A stretch of 64,000 nucleotides of DNA from a virus, in IMG/VR virus record IMGVR_UViG_3300022752_000020, positions 1 through 64,000 of that record. The stretch is one strand, 5' to 3'. The notes under the pieces were generated by a model that saw only the letters and a program-made list of their open reading frames with translations, did no database searches and was not told the origin of the DNA. This document shows positions 27,701-39,800 of the stretch, in pieces (position 1 is the stretch's first letter; each line of letters starts with the position of its first letter). The position numbers and the translations under genes were made by a program.

Positions 27701-27827
27701 AGTCTCTAGGTTGAGTATCAGCAACGTGAATACTCTTTGAGATGACTGGACTGCCGTTAAGGATCAGACCATCTTCATCGGTGCTTAATAAATGCGCTGG
27801 GCCCGTCTGATCTAAATTAATTGTCAT
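24720..27827 (-). CDS. Tail fibre-like protein
   Basis: 1035 aa; repeated ST...TGAL.V.GG.G and TQTLTNKT motifs; C-terminal C1q/BclA-like beta domain; shares a domain with the 6481-aa protein. Confidence 0.75.
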   Translation of the reverse strand: MTINLDQTGPAHLLSTDEDGLILNGSPVISKSIHVADTQPRDYFGNIATKLLWLDTGTTGVSAFPNGGAANWILRTNGNGTVSWVPPAVLDASKFHYRVSESAFVSNPGSGFVRFPRDFLAGMSTTTNLVISGYSIAGDPNYIVNGVYPPGVPNYNLISSFINSLSSYGNNNRRGFIKIEKENDPNYFQIYEMKTITDHTGWFEIGVAIVRVETGKENFPDNEPVSITFSVAGPEGLTQDLSNYLTLNGTQTTILKTLTKPVVTEPKLNPFSYTLTGTAIGSSGSFTCTPFSLSSVSIGASGKIFCSSNSFNIGDRIYVSGANTGTGTITGYNSAGTTYYIIATNGTTEFTISTTLGGSAVTTSVGTVVGARFDKVVFNIHDAVRVVGSNGGNGVITSYDSAGSIYFITATNGVSQFTLSTTMGGTAISTTAGTVSGAMTFTSNVGSNIIFEDSDTANGFETRLSVVSSSADQKILLPDHTTTLVGIDTTQTLTNKTILDPLIKDPNINLTTNADSITITSQVSTSYNTRFNTIQNNRFDWTSNLNYNGTVWSRDDITKGAWRVTKLIDDASNANNKVIIGYHDFDGASVIDKLTLDGVGVLTLSSNVPSTDPTTGTLVVNGGVGIAGTTNIGGNLNVTGIVDALSIQSTPIGSSAASTGAFTTLNASGLFRVTNATVSTSQITGAAVITGGIGVGGAAYINGPVYLNDLDTTIVNGNPTETELTGYSLVIQNPFAKVRVGPNYTEGGDRDYIDIETLEDNPTISTSSVNFTLANVKNTGNITLTATGGRVLVTANTASTTKTTGALQVKGGLGVELQVHANDVYVYGQTGLSNTASQVVSLAATQTLTNKTLNTATLNDSILTGTVTAGGTAGLQGQLLASTVTGVAWVNPGLASIQAYYKGSDQTFNNNPGIVTLPAGATFTDGSSFGTMNGAGNGTFTFSASGTYQILINYSVTDLIDAGVYPVIDCWVRKNGLDTIKYCQILNNGAQRGTVSEIIQFVINDTMTWYMNSNLRVNGGSPSATGTRLTIIRLA

Positions 27828-27844
27828 CTCTAATCATCTCCTTA

Positions 27845-30800
27845 TTACAATTGTGCTACTCTACTTTGGAAGTCTGCGAAATCTGCGCTGGCTGCTACCA
27901 CGCTCTTAAATGTGGCCAGTGACAGTGTTCCAATAGTTCCGTCTATACCTTGTGCTCCAGTTGAACCTTGTGCTCCGGTTGAACCTTGAGTACCATCTGT
28001 ACCTTGTGGTCCTGGTAATCCCTGTAAACCTGTATCACCTGTAGTACCTTGGGCACCTGTAGCACCATAGTATCCTTGGAAGCCTTGTATACCTTGTTGT
28101 CCCTGTATACCTTGTTGTCCCTGTGTACCTTGGATACCTTGTTGTCCCTGTGTACCTTGGATACCTTGACGACCTTGTATACCTTGTTGTCCCTGTATAC
28201 CTTGTTGTCCCTGTGTACCTTGGCTACCTTGCGTACCCTGCTGCCCTTGGATACCTTGCGTACCCTGCTGACCTTGGATACCTTGCGTACCCTGCTGACC
28301 TTGGATACCTTGTTGTCCCTGTGTACCTTGCTGACCTTGGATACCTTGTTGTCCCTGTGTACCTTGTTGTCCCTGTATACCCTGTTGTCCCTGTGTACCT
28401 TGTGTACCTTGTTGTCCCTGTATACCTTGTTGTCCCTGTGTACCTTGGATACCTTGCGTACCCTGCTGACCTTGTATACCCTGTGTACCTTGTTGTCCCT
28501 GTATACCTTGTTGTCCCTGTGTACCTTGGATACCTTGACGACCTTGTATACCTTGTTGACCTTGGATACCTTGGATACCTTGTTGTCCAGCTGGATCAAA
28601 AGTTACTATTACTCTTTGACCGGCAGTGGGCGAACTACCATCTGTATCTACAAATGTTACACTTAGACTATACCATGTTGTGTTATTAGTTACAGCAGTA
28701 AGTGTACCTATCCATCTTACACCTGGATTACCTTCAGCAGTTAGTGTAACTGTTCCATGATAGCTATTAGCAGTTCCATAGTTAGTAAATGAGCTTAACC
28801 AAGTTGCACTAGCATTACCATCTGCATCAGTAGCACTGATATTAATTGTAGTACTTGTTCCTGTTGTAGTCCAAGCACGACCTAGAGCAACATCACTTGC
28901 ACCTGGGTCTACTACTGTGTTACCTGCATCCCATAAGTATGGTTTACTATTACCGCCGGCTGTACCAACAATACCTTGGATACCTTGACGACCTTGTATA
29001 CCTTGTTGACCTTGGATACCTTGTTGACCTTGGATACCTTGCTGTCCTTGGATACCTTGCTGTCCCTGTATACCTTGTTGTCCTTGGATACCCTGGATAC
29101 CTTGTTGACCTTGGATACCTTGCTGTCCCTGTATACCTTGCTGTCCCTGTATACCTTGTTGTCCTTGGATACCCTGCTGACCCTGGATACCTTGAATACC
29201 TTGAATACCTTGACTACTAATTTGATCCCAGTTAGCTGATTGATTTGGTGTTCCAGTAGCTCCACTTCCGTTGGTACTTGTATGAGCAACTTTACAAATA
29301 TAACTTGTACCTTGATAGAACACCATATCATTTACAGCATATGCTGTTGCTGCAAATGTTGTAGTATAGTTACTCCATACACCTTTCCAAGTTACACCAA
29401 AACCTTGTATACCCTGAATACCCTGCTGACCCTGAATACCCTGCTGACCCTGAATACCCTGTTGTCCCTGGATACCTTGTTGTCCTTGGATACCTTGCTG
29501 ACCTTGTATACCTTGTATACCTTGTTGTCCAGCTGGGGCAAATGCCACGCTCATTCTTGTGTCTAGAGCAGGAGCAGTGCCATCAGTCTCTATGAATGTA
29601 CAAGTAACAGCATAATATGTAGTTTGATTGCTGACAGCAGTTACACGACCAATTAAGCGTTTTGTTGGGTCACCGTTTACAAACAGGCTTAATGTGCCAA
29701 AATAACTACTGCTTGTACCAAATCCACTTAATGAGCTTAACCAGCTAGTTGTTGTATTTCCATCAGCATTACTATTGTTTAGATATACACTAAAGTTTGT
29801 GCCAGCTGTCCAACTTGTGCTTATTCTAACTTTGTTAGCTGTTGTTCCTGCTGCTGTTGATGATGAATCAAATAACCAATCTTGACTGTATCCACCAGCT
29901 GTACCATATATACCTTGTATACCCTGTTGTCCTTGGATACCTTGTTGTCCTTGGATACCTTGTTGTCCTTGGATACCTTGTTGTCCTTGGATACCTTGTT
30001 GTCCCTGTGTACCTTGGATACCTTGCTGACCTTGTATACCTTGTATACCTTGTTGTCCAGCTGGGGCAAATGCCACGCTCATTCTTGTGTCTAGAGCAGG
30101 AGCAGTGCCATCAGTCTCTATGAATGTACAAGTAACAGCATAATATGTAGTTTGATTGCTGACAGCAGTTACACGACCAATTAAGCGTTTTGTTGGGTCA
30201 CCGTTTACAAACAGGCTTAATGTGCCAAAATAACTACTGCTTGTACCAAATCCACTTAATGAGCTTAACCAGCTAGTTGTTGTATTTCCATCAGCATTAC
30301 TATTGTTTAGATATACACTAAAGTTTGTGCCAGCTGTCCAACTTGTGCTTATTCTAACCTTATTAGCTGTTGTTCCTGCTGCTGTTGATGATGAATCAAA
30401 TAACCAATCTTGACTGTATCCACCAGCTGTACCATATATACCCTGTATACCTTGGCTACTAATTTGTTGCCAAGATGTTGATGATGACTGTGGATATCCT
30501 GTTGCTGTATTAGCATTATTTGTACTTGTATGAGCAGTTACGCAGATCCAGCTTGTGCCTTGATAGAACACCATATCATTTACAGCATATGCTGTTGCTG
30601 CAAATGTTGTAGTATAACTACTCCAATTTCCTTTCCAAGTTACACCAAAACCTTGTATACCCTGAATACCCTGCTGACCCTGAATACCCTGCTGACCCTG
30701 AATACCTTGTTGTCCCTGGATACCTTGTTGTCCTTGGATACCCTGTTGTCCCTGGATACCTTGGATACCCTGTTGTCCAGCTGGGGCGAAAGATAATACT

Positions 30801-33800
30801 AGTCTCTCATTAGCACTTGGTGCAGTACCATCTGTTTCAATATATGATACTGTTAATGTATAGATACTTGATGCAACAGAAACAGCAGTTAATCTACCAA
30901 TCCATCTACGAGCTGGATCTTTTTCAACAAATAAACTTACTGTGCCAAAATAACTACTGCTTGTACCAAATCCTGATAAACTAGCTAGGAAGTTAGTATT
31001 ATCATTACTATCAGCATTGGTTGTATGTACATAGATACTTGTACTTCCTGCTGTAGTAGTAGCCCAAGCACGACCTAATCTAACTTGAGTAGCCGTCATG
31101 CCTGTTGTATCTGTAGCAGTGCTAAACAACCAATTACTGCTATAACCACCAGGGCTACCTACTATACCCTGTATACCCTGTTGTCCCTGAATACCCTGTT
31201 GTCCCTGGATACCTTGGATACCCTGTTGTCCCTGGATACCTTGAATACCTTGACTACTAATTTGTTGCCAAGATGTTGATGATGACTGTGGATATCCTGT
31301 TGCTGTATTAGCATTATTTGTACTTGTATGAGCAGTTACGCAGATCCAGCTTGTGCCTTGATAGAACACCATATCATTTACAGCATATGCTGTTGCTGCA
31401 AATGTTGTAGTATAACTACTCCAATTTCCTTTCCAAGTTACACCAAAACCTTGTATACCTTGTTGTCCTTGGATACCTTGTTGTCCTTGGATACCCTGTA
31501 TACCCTGTTGTCCAGCTGGGGCAAAAGATAATACTAGTCTCTCATTAGCACTTGGTGCAGTACCATCTGTTTCAATATATGATACTGTTAATGTATAGAT
31601 ACTTGATGCAACAGAAACAGCAGTTAATCTACCAATCCATCTACGAGCTGGATCTTTTTCAACAAATAAACTTACTGTGCCAAAATAACTACTGCTTGTA
31701 CCAAATCCTGATAAACTAGCTAGGAAGTTAGTATTATCATTACTATCAGCATTGGTTGTATGTACATAGATACTTGTACTTCCTGCTGTAGTAGTAGCCC
31801 AAGCACGACCTAATCTAACTTGAGTAGCCGTCATGCCTGTTGTATCTGTAGCAGTGCTAAACAACCAATTACTGCTATAACCACCAGGGCTACCTACTAT
31901 ACCCTGTATACCCTGTTGTCCCTGTATACCCTGTTGTCCCTGTACACCCTGTATACCCTGTTGTCCAGCTGGGGCAAATGCTACACTTAATCTTGTGTCT
32001 AGAGCAGGAGCAGTGCCATCAGTCTCTATGTATGTACAAGTGACTGCATAGTATGTTGTTTGGTTGCTAACAGCAGTTACACGGCCAATTAATCGTTTTG
32101 TTGGGTCACCGTTTACAAACAGGCTTAATGTGCCAAAATAACTACTGCTTGTACCAAATCCACTTAATGAGCTTAACCAGCTAGTTGTTGTATTTCCATC
32201 AGCATTACTATTGTTTAGATATACAACAAAGTTTGTGCCAGCTGTCCAACTTGTGCTTATTCTAACCTTATTAGCTGTTGTTCCTGCTGCTGTTGATGAT
32301 GAATCAAATAACCAATCTTGGCTATAGCCGCCAGCTGTACCATATATACCTTGTATACCCTGTTGTCCTTGGATACCCTGTTGTCCTTGGATACCTTGGA
32401 TACCCTGTTGTCCTTGGATACCTTGACTACTAATTTGTTGCCAAGATGTTGATGATGACTGTGGATATCCTGTTGCTGTATTAGCATTATTTGTACTTGT
32501 ATGAGCAGTTACGCAGATCCAGCTTGTGCCTTGATAGAACACCATATCATTTACAGCATATACTGTTGCTGCAAATGTTGTAGTATAACTACTCCAATTT
32601 CCTTTCCAAGTTACACCAAAACCTTGTATACCCTGAATACCCTGTACACCTTGTACACCCTGTACACCCTGTACACCCTGTACACCCTGTACACCTTGTA
32701 CACCTTGTACACCCTGTACGCCTTGTACTCCTTGTACTCCTTGGATACCCTGAATACCTTGACTGGTCATCTGGCTCCAATATGTACTGTTAATTATAAG
32801 TGTCTTGTTAACATTATCAAATACAGCAGGTCTAATATTAAAGAATACTGTTGCACCATTACTATGGCTTGCTGCTATTGTTGAACTTGCACCTCTAGTT
32901 AATCCATTTAGAGTGTTGACTGATTTACTAGTATATGTGATATACTCATTATCAATAACAATTTGACCTGAACTTGGGAAAGCACTGGCATTAGTCAATA
33001 CAATTGATGTTGAACTTGCTGTTATTGCTCCGTTTAATGTTGTACTTGTGCTACTGAATGATCCATTTGAGAATGGGTAAACAGCAATATATGAAGCACC
33101 ATCATAGAATACAATATCATTTTGAGTGTATGTAGTAGAAGTATTGAAAATACCTCTATAAGTTACACCAAGACCTTGAATACCCTGTACGCCTTGTACG
33201 CCTTGTACGCCTTGTACGCCTTGTACGCCTTGAATACCCTGTACGCCTTGTACGCCTTGTACACCCTGTACACCCTGTACACCTTGTACACCTTGTACAC
33301 CTTGAACGCCCTGTACACCTTGTACGCCCTGTACGCCCTGTACACCTTGAATACCTTGAATACCCTGTGAACCTGCTAGCTCCCATCTTTCTAAATCAGA
33401 CTCGGGACTTGGACCAATTGCATTATAAATTGTACTTGTATGATAATTAGGAACATAAGTTGGGAGATAGAAACTAATACCTGTACTTGTACCTGCTGTA
33501 CTGGTTATAGTTGCTCCATCTGCTCTAAATGTAATTGCTCCATTAGTTGTTGCTGAAGTGCTTATGGTAATTTGAGTAGCACTATCTACACTAACAATAG
33601 TTGGGGCTCCATTGAAAACACCAGTACCTGATGTTTTGGTTAAAACCATTCCAGCATATAACAATGTTGTACTGGCTAATCCAGTTATTGTTGTACCAGT
33701 TAATGTACCTGTTAAGTTGGTTCTTGGTGCAGTTAAACTCAGTGTTACTGTAGTACGGCCAGCACTAGGTGTGTTAACAGCAGCAGTCTTGACATAGTAT

Positions 33801-36800
33801 ATTACTCCTGTGCTTGAATAGCCTTGTAATACTCCTGTACCAGTCTTGGTATTAATACCATATAAGACCTGACCTACAGCAGCAGCACTTGTTGGATTAT
33901 CAAAGCTGATTTGACCACTACTTAGTATTGATACATTGGCCAATAACTGTGGTGTATATTGTGACAAGCTAACATATGTACTACCCAAGTGTGAAACCAT
34001 ATCACTAACAGCATAGTCATTCTCTGGCTTCCAAACACCACGCCACTTAAAGCCTGAACCTTGAATACCTTGTTGACCTTGTACACCTTGAACGCCTTGT
34101 ACGCCCTGTACACCCTGTACGCCCTGTACACCTTGTACGCCCTGTACGCCCTGAACACCTTGGACACCTTGACGTCCTTGTACGCCTTGAACACCTTGAA
34201 CGCCTTGTACGCCTTGAACACCTTGAACGCCTTGGACACCTTGTACGCCCTGAACACCTTGAACGCCTTGGACACCTTGTACGCCCTGAACACCTTGAAC
34301 GCCCTGTACACCCTGTACACCTTGTACACCCTGTACACCTTGCACACCCTGTACACCTTGTACACCCTGTGTAGTTAATTGATTCCAATATGTAGTATTG
34401 ACATAGAAACCACTGGTATTTGGTGTACCATATGCAGGTCTTGTATCTAATAATACCCTTGCACCATTGCTATGTGTTGATGCTGTAGTTCCTTGATATC
34501 CTCTTGTTGTTATAGTTAATGTATTACCTACTATACCATTATACAACATTCTTTCAGCAGTAGCAGGCATTGAGTCTATTGATGCTGCACTGGCTACACG
34601 AATTACACCGCTAGTTGGGAATCCTACTACACTTGTTAATGTTATAGTACTCTGATTTATAGTTGTGATAGCAGCACTTAATGTTGTACTTATGTCACCT
34701 CTAAATGTCCCACTTGAGAATGGATAAACAACAACATAACTTGATCCATCATAGTATACAACGTCGTTTTGAGTATAGTCATAATTATTAACATAGGTGC
34801 CTCTCCAAGTAAAGCTTAAACCTTGAATACCTTGTACACCCTGTACTCCTTGTACACCTTGTACACCCTGTACTCCTTGTACACCCTGTGCTCCTTGTAC
34901 ACCTTGTACACCCTGTACACCTTGTACACCCTGTACGCCCTGTACACCTTGTATGCCTTGAATACCTTGGCTTGTTAATTGATTCCAGTAAGTTGTATTA
35001 ACTATTAGTTGTTTTGTACCTGCATTGTATATTGAAGGTCTTGTGTTCAACCAAACTGTAGCACCATTATTATGGCTTGCTGCTACAGTACCGTCGGCAG
35101 CCCTTGTTAATCCGCTTAAGGTATTTGAGGTCTTTGTAGTGTATGTAACATATTCATTATCAATAACTACCTGACCTGAGCTTGGGAATAAGCTAGCATC
35201 AGTTAATACTATTGATGTTGAACCTGCTGTAAGAGCTCCGTTTAATGTAGTACTAGTATTACCAAATGATCCGTTAGTATATGGATATACAGCAACAAAT
35301 GCAGCACCATCATAGAATACAATATCATTTTGAGCATAGCTTCCAGAAGTTGTCCAATTACCTTTGAATACTAATCCAAATCCTTGGATACCTTGTATAC
35401 CTTGTGTACCCTGTACGCCCTGTACACCCTGTACACCTTGAACTCCTTGAACTCCTTGAACTCCTTGAACTCCTTGAACACCTTGAACACCCTGAATACC
35501 TTGTGTACCTTGAACACCCTGTAGACCCTGTACACCCTGTACACCCTGTACACCCTGAATACCTTGAATACCTTGTGTACCTTGAACACCCTGTACACCT
35601 TGACGACCCTGTACACCTTGTACACCTTGGATACCCTGAATACCTTGGATACCCTGCGTACCTTGAACACCTTGAACACCTTGTACTCCTTGTGTACCTT
35701 GTACACCCTGTACACCTTGTACGCCTTGAACGCCCTGTACACCTTGAACACCCTGTACACCCTGTACACCCTGTACACCCTGTACACCCTGTACACCTTG
35801 TACGCCTTGTACACCTTGAATACCTTGACGTCCTTGTACACCTTGTACACCTTGTACTCCTTGTACACCCTGAATACCTTGTACGCCTTGTACACCTTGT
35901 ACACCTTGTACACCTTGGACACCCTGTACACCTTGTACACCTTGAACGCCCTGTACGCCTTGTACGCCTTGTACGCCTTGTACACCCTGTACGCCTTGAA
36001 TACCTTGTTGACCCGCAGGCTGGAAGCTGATTCCTAATTTTTGTCCAACTATTGGTGGTGTTCCTGCACTATCAACAAATGTTAATTGTAGTCTAAAATA
36101 ACTTGCATAATCAAATACTGTGGTTATAACACCTGTCCAACGCTGTAAAGTAGCACCTTCTGGCATAATTGTTATAACACCAAAATAACTACTTGAACTA
36201 CCAAAGAACTTAATAGAATTTACCCAAGCTGCACGATCTTGTCCATCAGCATCGTATTTGTCAAGATTAACGTATACTTGGCCACCGGTTTGATCTGTCC
36301 AAGCACGCTCAATTGTAACATTACCTACTCCTGGATCGCCAATAGCTGTACTATTGCTCCAAGCATAATTAGCTGTATAACCACCAGGAGTACCAATAAT
36401 ACCTTGTATACCTTGTACGCCTTGTATACCCTGAGTACCTTGTATACCTTGTATACCTTGTACACCTTGTATGCCTTGTATACCTTGTGTTCCTTGTACT
36501 CCTTGAACACCTTGGACTCCTTGGACTCCTTGAACACCCTGTATGCCCTGTATACCTTGAATGCCCTGTATGCCCTGTATGCCTTGAATACCCTGAACAC
36601 CTTGAGCACTAATGATCAACCATGGAACAGCTTTAAATGTTAATCCTGTTAAGCTACCTGTTCCAGTTGTTAAGATTGAAGCTACAGCAAATTGACTTCG
36701 TCCAAGGCTAAATGTTGTAGTTGGATTATTTGGATAATCAATTACATAATAATCATTATCAATTTTATCGCCAGCAGCATAAAAGGTTGGAGCTAGTGCA

Positions 36801-39800
36801 GGACTATCTGGATTCTCAATGGTAAATCCAACTGGTACTATACCACTTACTCTAATAATTTCTGATTTATAAATGTCTACTGGATTACAACTGAATTGAC
36901 CATTTCCAGTTAAGCTAACATTTGATAAAGGTACAGTTTGACCAGGAATTTGACCTACATTTACATAGGCGCCACCGGTATAAGTTTCATCACCATATGT
37001 ACTAGTATATGCTGATCCATTATAATATACAGAATCATTCTTAATGTATCTTGAAATTGAGCTCCACTCACCTAAGAATGTAAATCCTTCACCTTTAGTG
37101 CCTTGGAAGCCTTGTACACCTTGGATACCCTGAATACCTTGGATACCCTGCGTACCTTGAACACCTTGAACACCTTGTACTCCTTGTGTACCTTGTACAC
37201 CCTGTACACCTTGTACACCTTGTACGCCTTGAACACCCTGTACTCCTTGTACACCTTGAACACCCTGTACGCCTTGTACACCTTGAACACCCTGTACGCC
37301 TTGTACACCTTGAATACCTTGAATACCTTGGACGCCTTGGATACCTTGATTGCCTTGTACGCCTTGTACGCCCTGTACACCCTGTACGCCTTGAACGCCC
37401 TGTAGACCCTGTACACCTTGTACACCTTGAACACCTTGTACGCCTTGAACACCTTGTACACCTTGAATACCTTGGACGCCTTGGACGCCTTGGACGCCTT
37501 GGACGCCTTGGACGCCTTGATTGCCTTGTACGCCTTGTACGCCTTGTATACCCTGAATACCTTGTGTACCTTGTACGCCTTGTACGCCTTGTACGCCTTG
37601 AACGCCTTGTACACCTTGTACACCCTGTACGCCTTGGACGCCTTGGACGCCTTGGACGCCTTGGACGCCTTGGACGCCTTGGACGCCTTGTAAACCTTGG
37701 CTGCTCATTAAATTCCAATAGGCTGTATTATCTAAAGTAGGCTCTTGACCATTCCACGAACCTAAAGTGCTTACTCCTATCCAACTAGATCCTTTATAGG
37801 ATACAACATCATTAAAATTATATGTTGTAGTAGAATTATAAATTCCTCTCCAAAGAATACTGAATCCCTGTATACCTTGAACACCTTGAACACCCTGTAC
37901 GCCTTGGACGCCTTGAACACCTTGGACGCCTTGTACGCCTTGTATACCCTGTACGCCCTGTACGCCCTGTACACCTTGACGTCCTTGTACACCTTGTACA
38001 CCTTGTACGCCTTGTACGCCTTGTACGCCTTGGACACCTTGAACACCTTGAACACCTTGAACACCCTGTACGCCCTGTACGCCCTGTACGCCCTGTACGC
38101 CTTGAACACCTTGTACGCCTTGGATGCCTTGGATGCCTTGGACACCTTGGACACCTTGGATGCCTTGAGCAGATACTTGATTCCAATAAGTTAGTGAAGT
38201 TAAAGGTATATTTCCTAAATTATTAGATTGAATAGCTATATAGGAACCACCACTGTAATAGACTACATCATTGATAGTATAACTTAAATTGGCTAGCCAA
38301 TCACCTCGCCATGTAATTCCAACACCTTGAATACCCTGTACACCCTGTACACCCTGTACGCCTTGTACGCCTTGTACGCCTTGTACGCCTTGTACGCCTT
38401 GTACGCCTTGTACGCCTTGTACGCCTTGTACACCTTGTACGCCTTGTACACCTTGGATACCCTGACGACCCTGTACACCTTGAACGCCCTGTACACCTTG
38501 GACACCTTGAACGCCCTGTAGACCCTGTACACCTTGTACACCTTGTACACCTTGTACACCTTGGATACCCTGAATACCTTGGATACCCTGAATACCTTGA
38601 TCACCCTGTACGCCTTGTACACCCTGTACACCCTGTACACCCTGTACACCTTGTACACCTTGAACGCCTTGAACGCCTTGAACGCCTTGTACGCCTTGTA
38701 CGCCTTGTACACCTTGTACACCTTGAATACCCTGTACACCCTGTACGCCTTGTACACCCTGTACGCCCTGTACTCCTTGTACACCCTGTATACCTTGAAT
38801 ACCCTGAATACCTTGATCGCCCTGTACGCCTTGTACACCTTGTACGCCCTGTACTCCTTGAATACCCTGAATGCCTTGGATACCCTGAATACCTTGATCA
38901 CCCTGTACACCTTGAACGCCTTGTACACCTTGAATGCCTTGAATACCCTGTATACCTTGAATGCCCTGTATGCCTTGGATACCTTGGCTAGCCAAGGTAT
39001 CCCAAACAGTTGATCCTACTGTAGGTATATTACCTAGATTAACTGTTTCACTTACGCTGATCCAAGAACTGCCGTTATAAAATACAGCATCATTTTTAAT
39101 GTATTCCTTGGTTACATCGTACATTCCTCTCCAAGTTACACCGCCACCTTGAATACCCTGTTGTCCTTGTACACCTTGGATACCTTGTACACCTTGTACA
39201 CCTTGTACACCTTGTACACCTTGAACGCCTTGTACACCTTGTACACCTTGAATACCTTGAATACCCTGTATTCCCTGTATACCTTGGTCACCCTGTACGC
39301 CTTGTACACCTTGTACACCTTGAATGCCCTGTATACCCTGTACGCCTTGGATACCTTGATCACCTTGTACGCCTTGTACACCTTGTACACCTTGTACACC
39401 TTGAACGCCCTGTATACCTTGGATACCTTGGACACCCTGTAGACCTTGGACTCCCTGTAGACCTTGTACACCTTGGATGCCCTGTATACCTTGAATACCT
39501 TGAATACCTTGATCACCCTGTACGCCTTGTACACCTTGTACACCTTGAATACCCTGGATACCTTGGATGCCCTGTATACCTTGATCACCCTGTACACCCT
39601 GTACACCTTGTACGCCTTGTACACCTTGTACACCTTGTACACCCTGTACACCTTGGATACCTTGAATACCTTGGATACCCTGTATACCTTGATCACCTTG
39701 TACACCTTGTACACCTTGAACGCCTTGAATACCCTGTACACCCTGTACACCCTGTACACCCTGTACACCCTGTACGCCTTGAATACCCTGTACGCCTTGG

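Noticed and set aside
29531-32623. Near-identical repeats as a diversity-generating retroelement TR/VR pair
   Set aside because: All copies are in frame within one gene, the few differences are mostly synonymous and not adenine-specific, and no reverse transcriptase is in the window.
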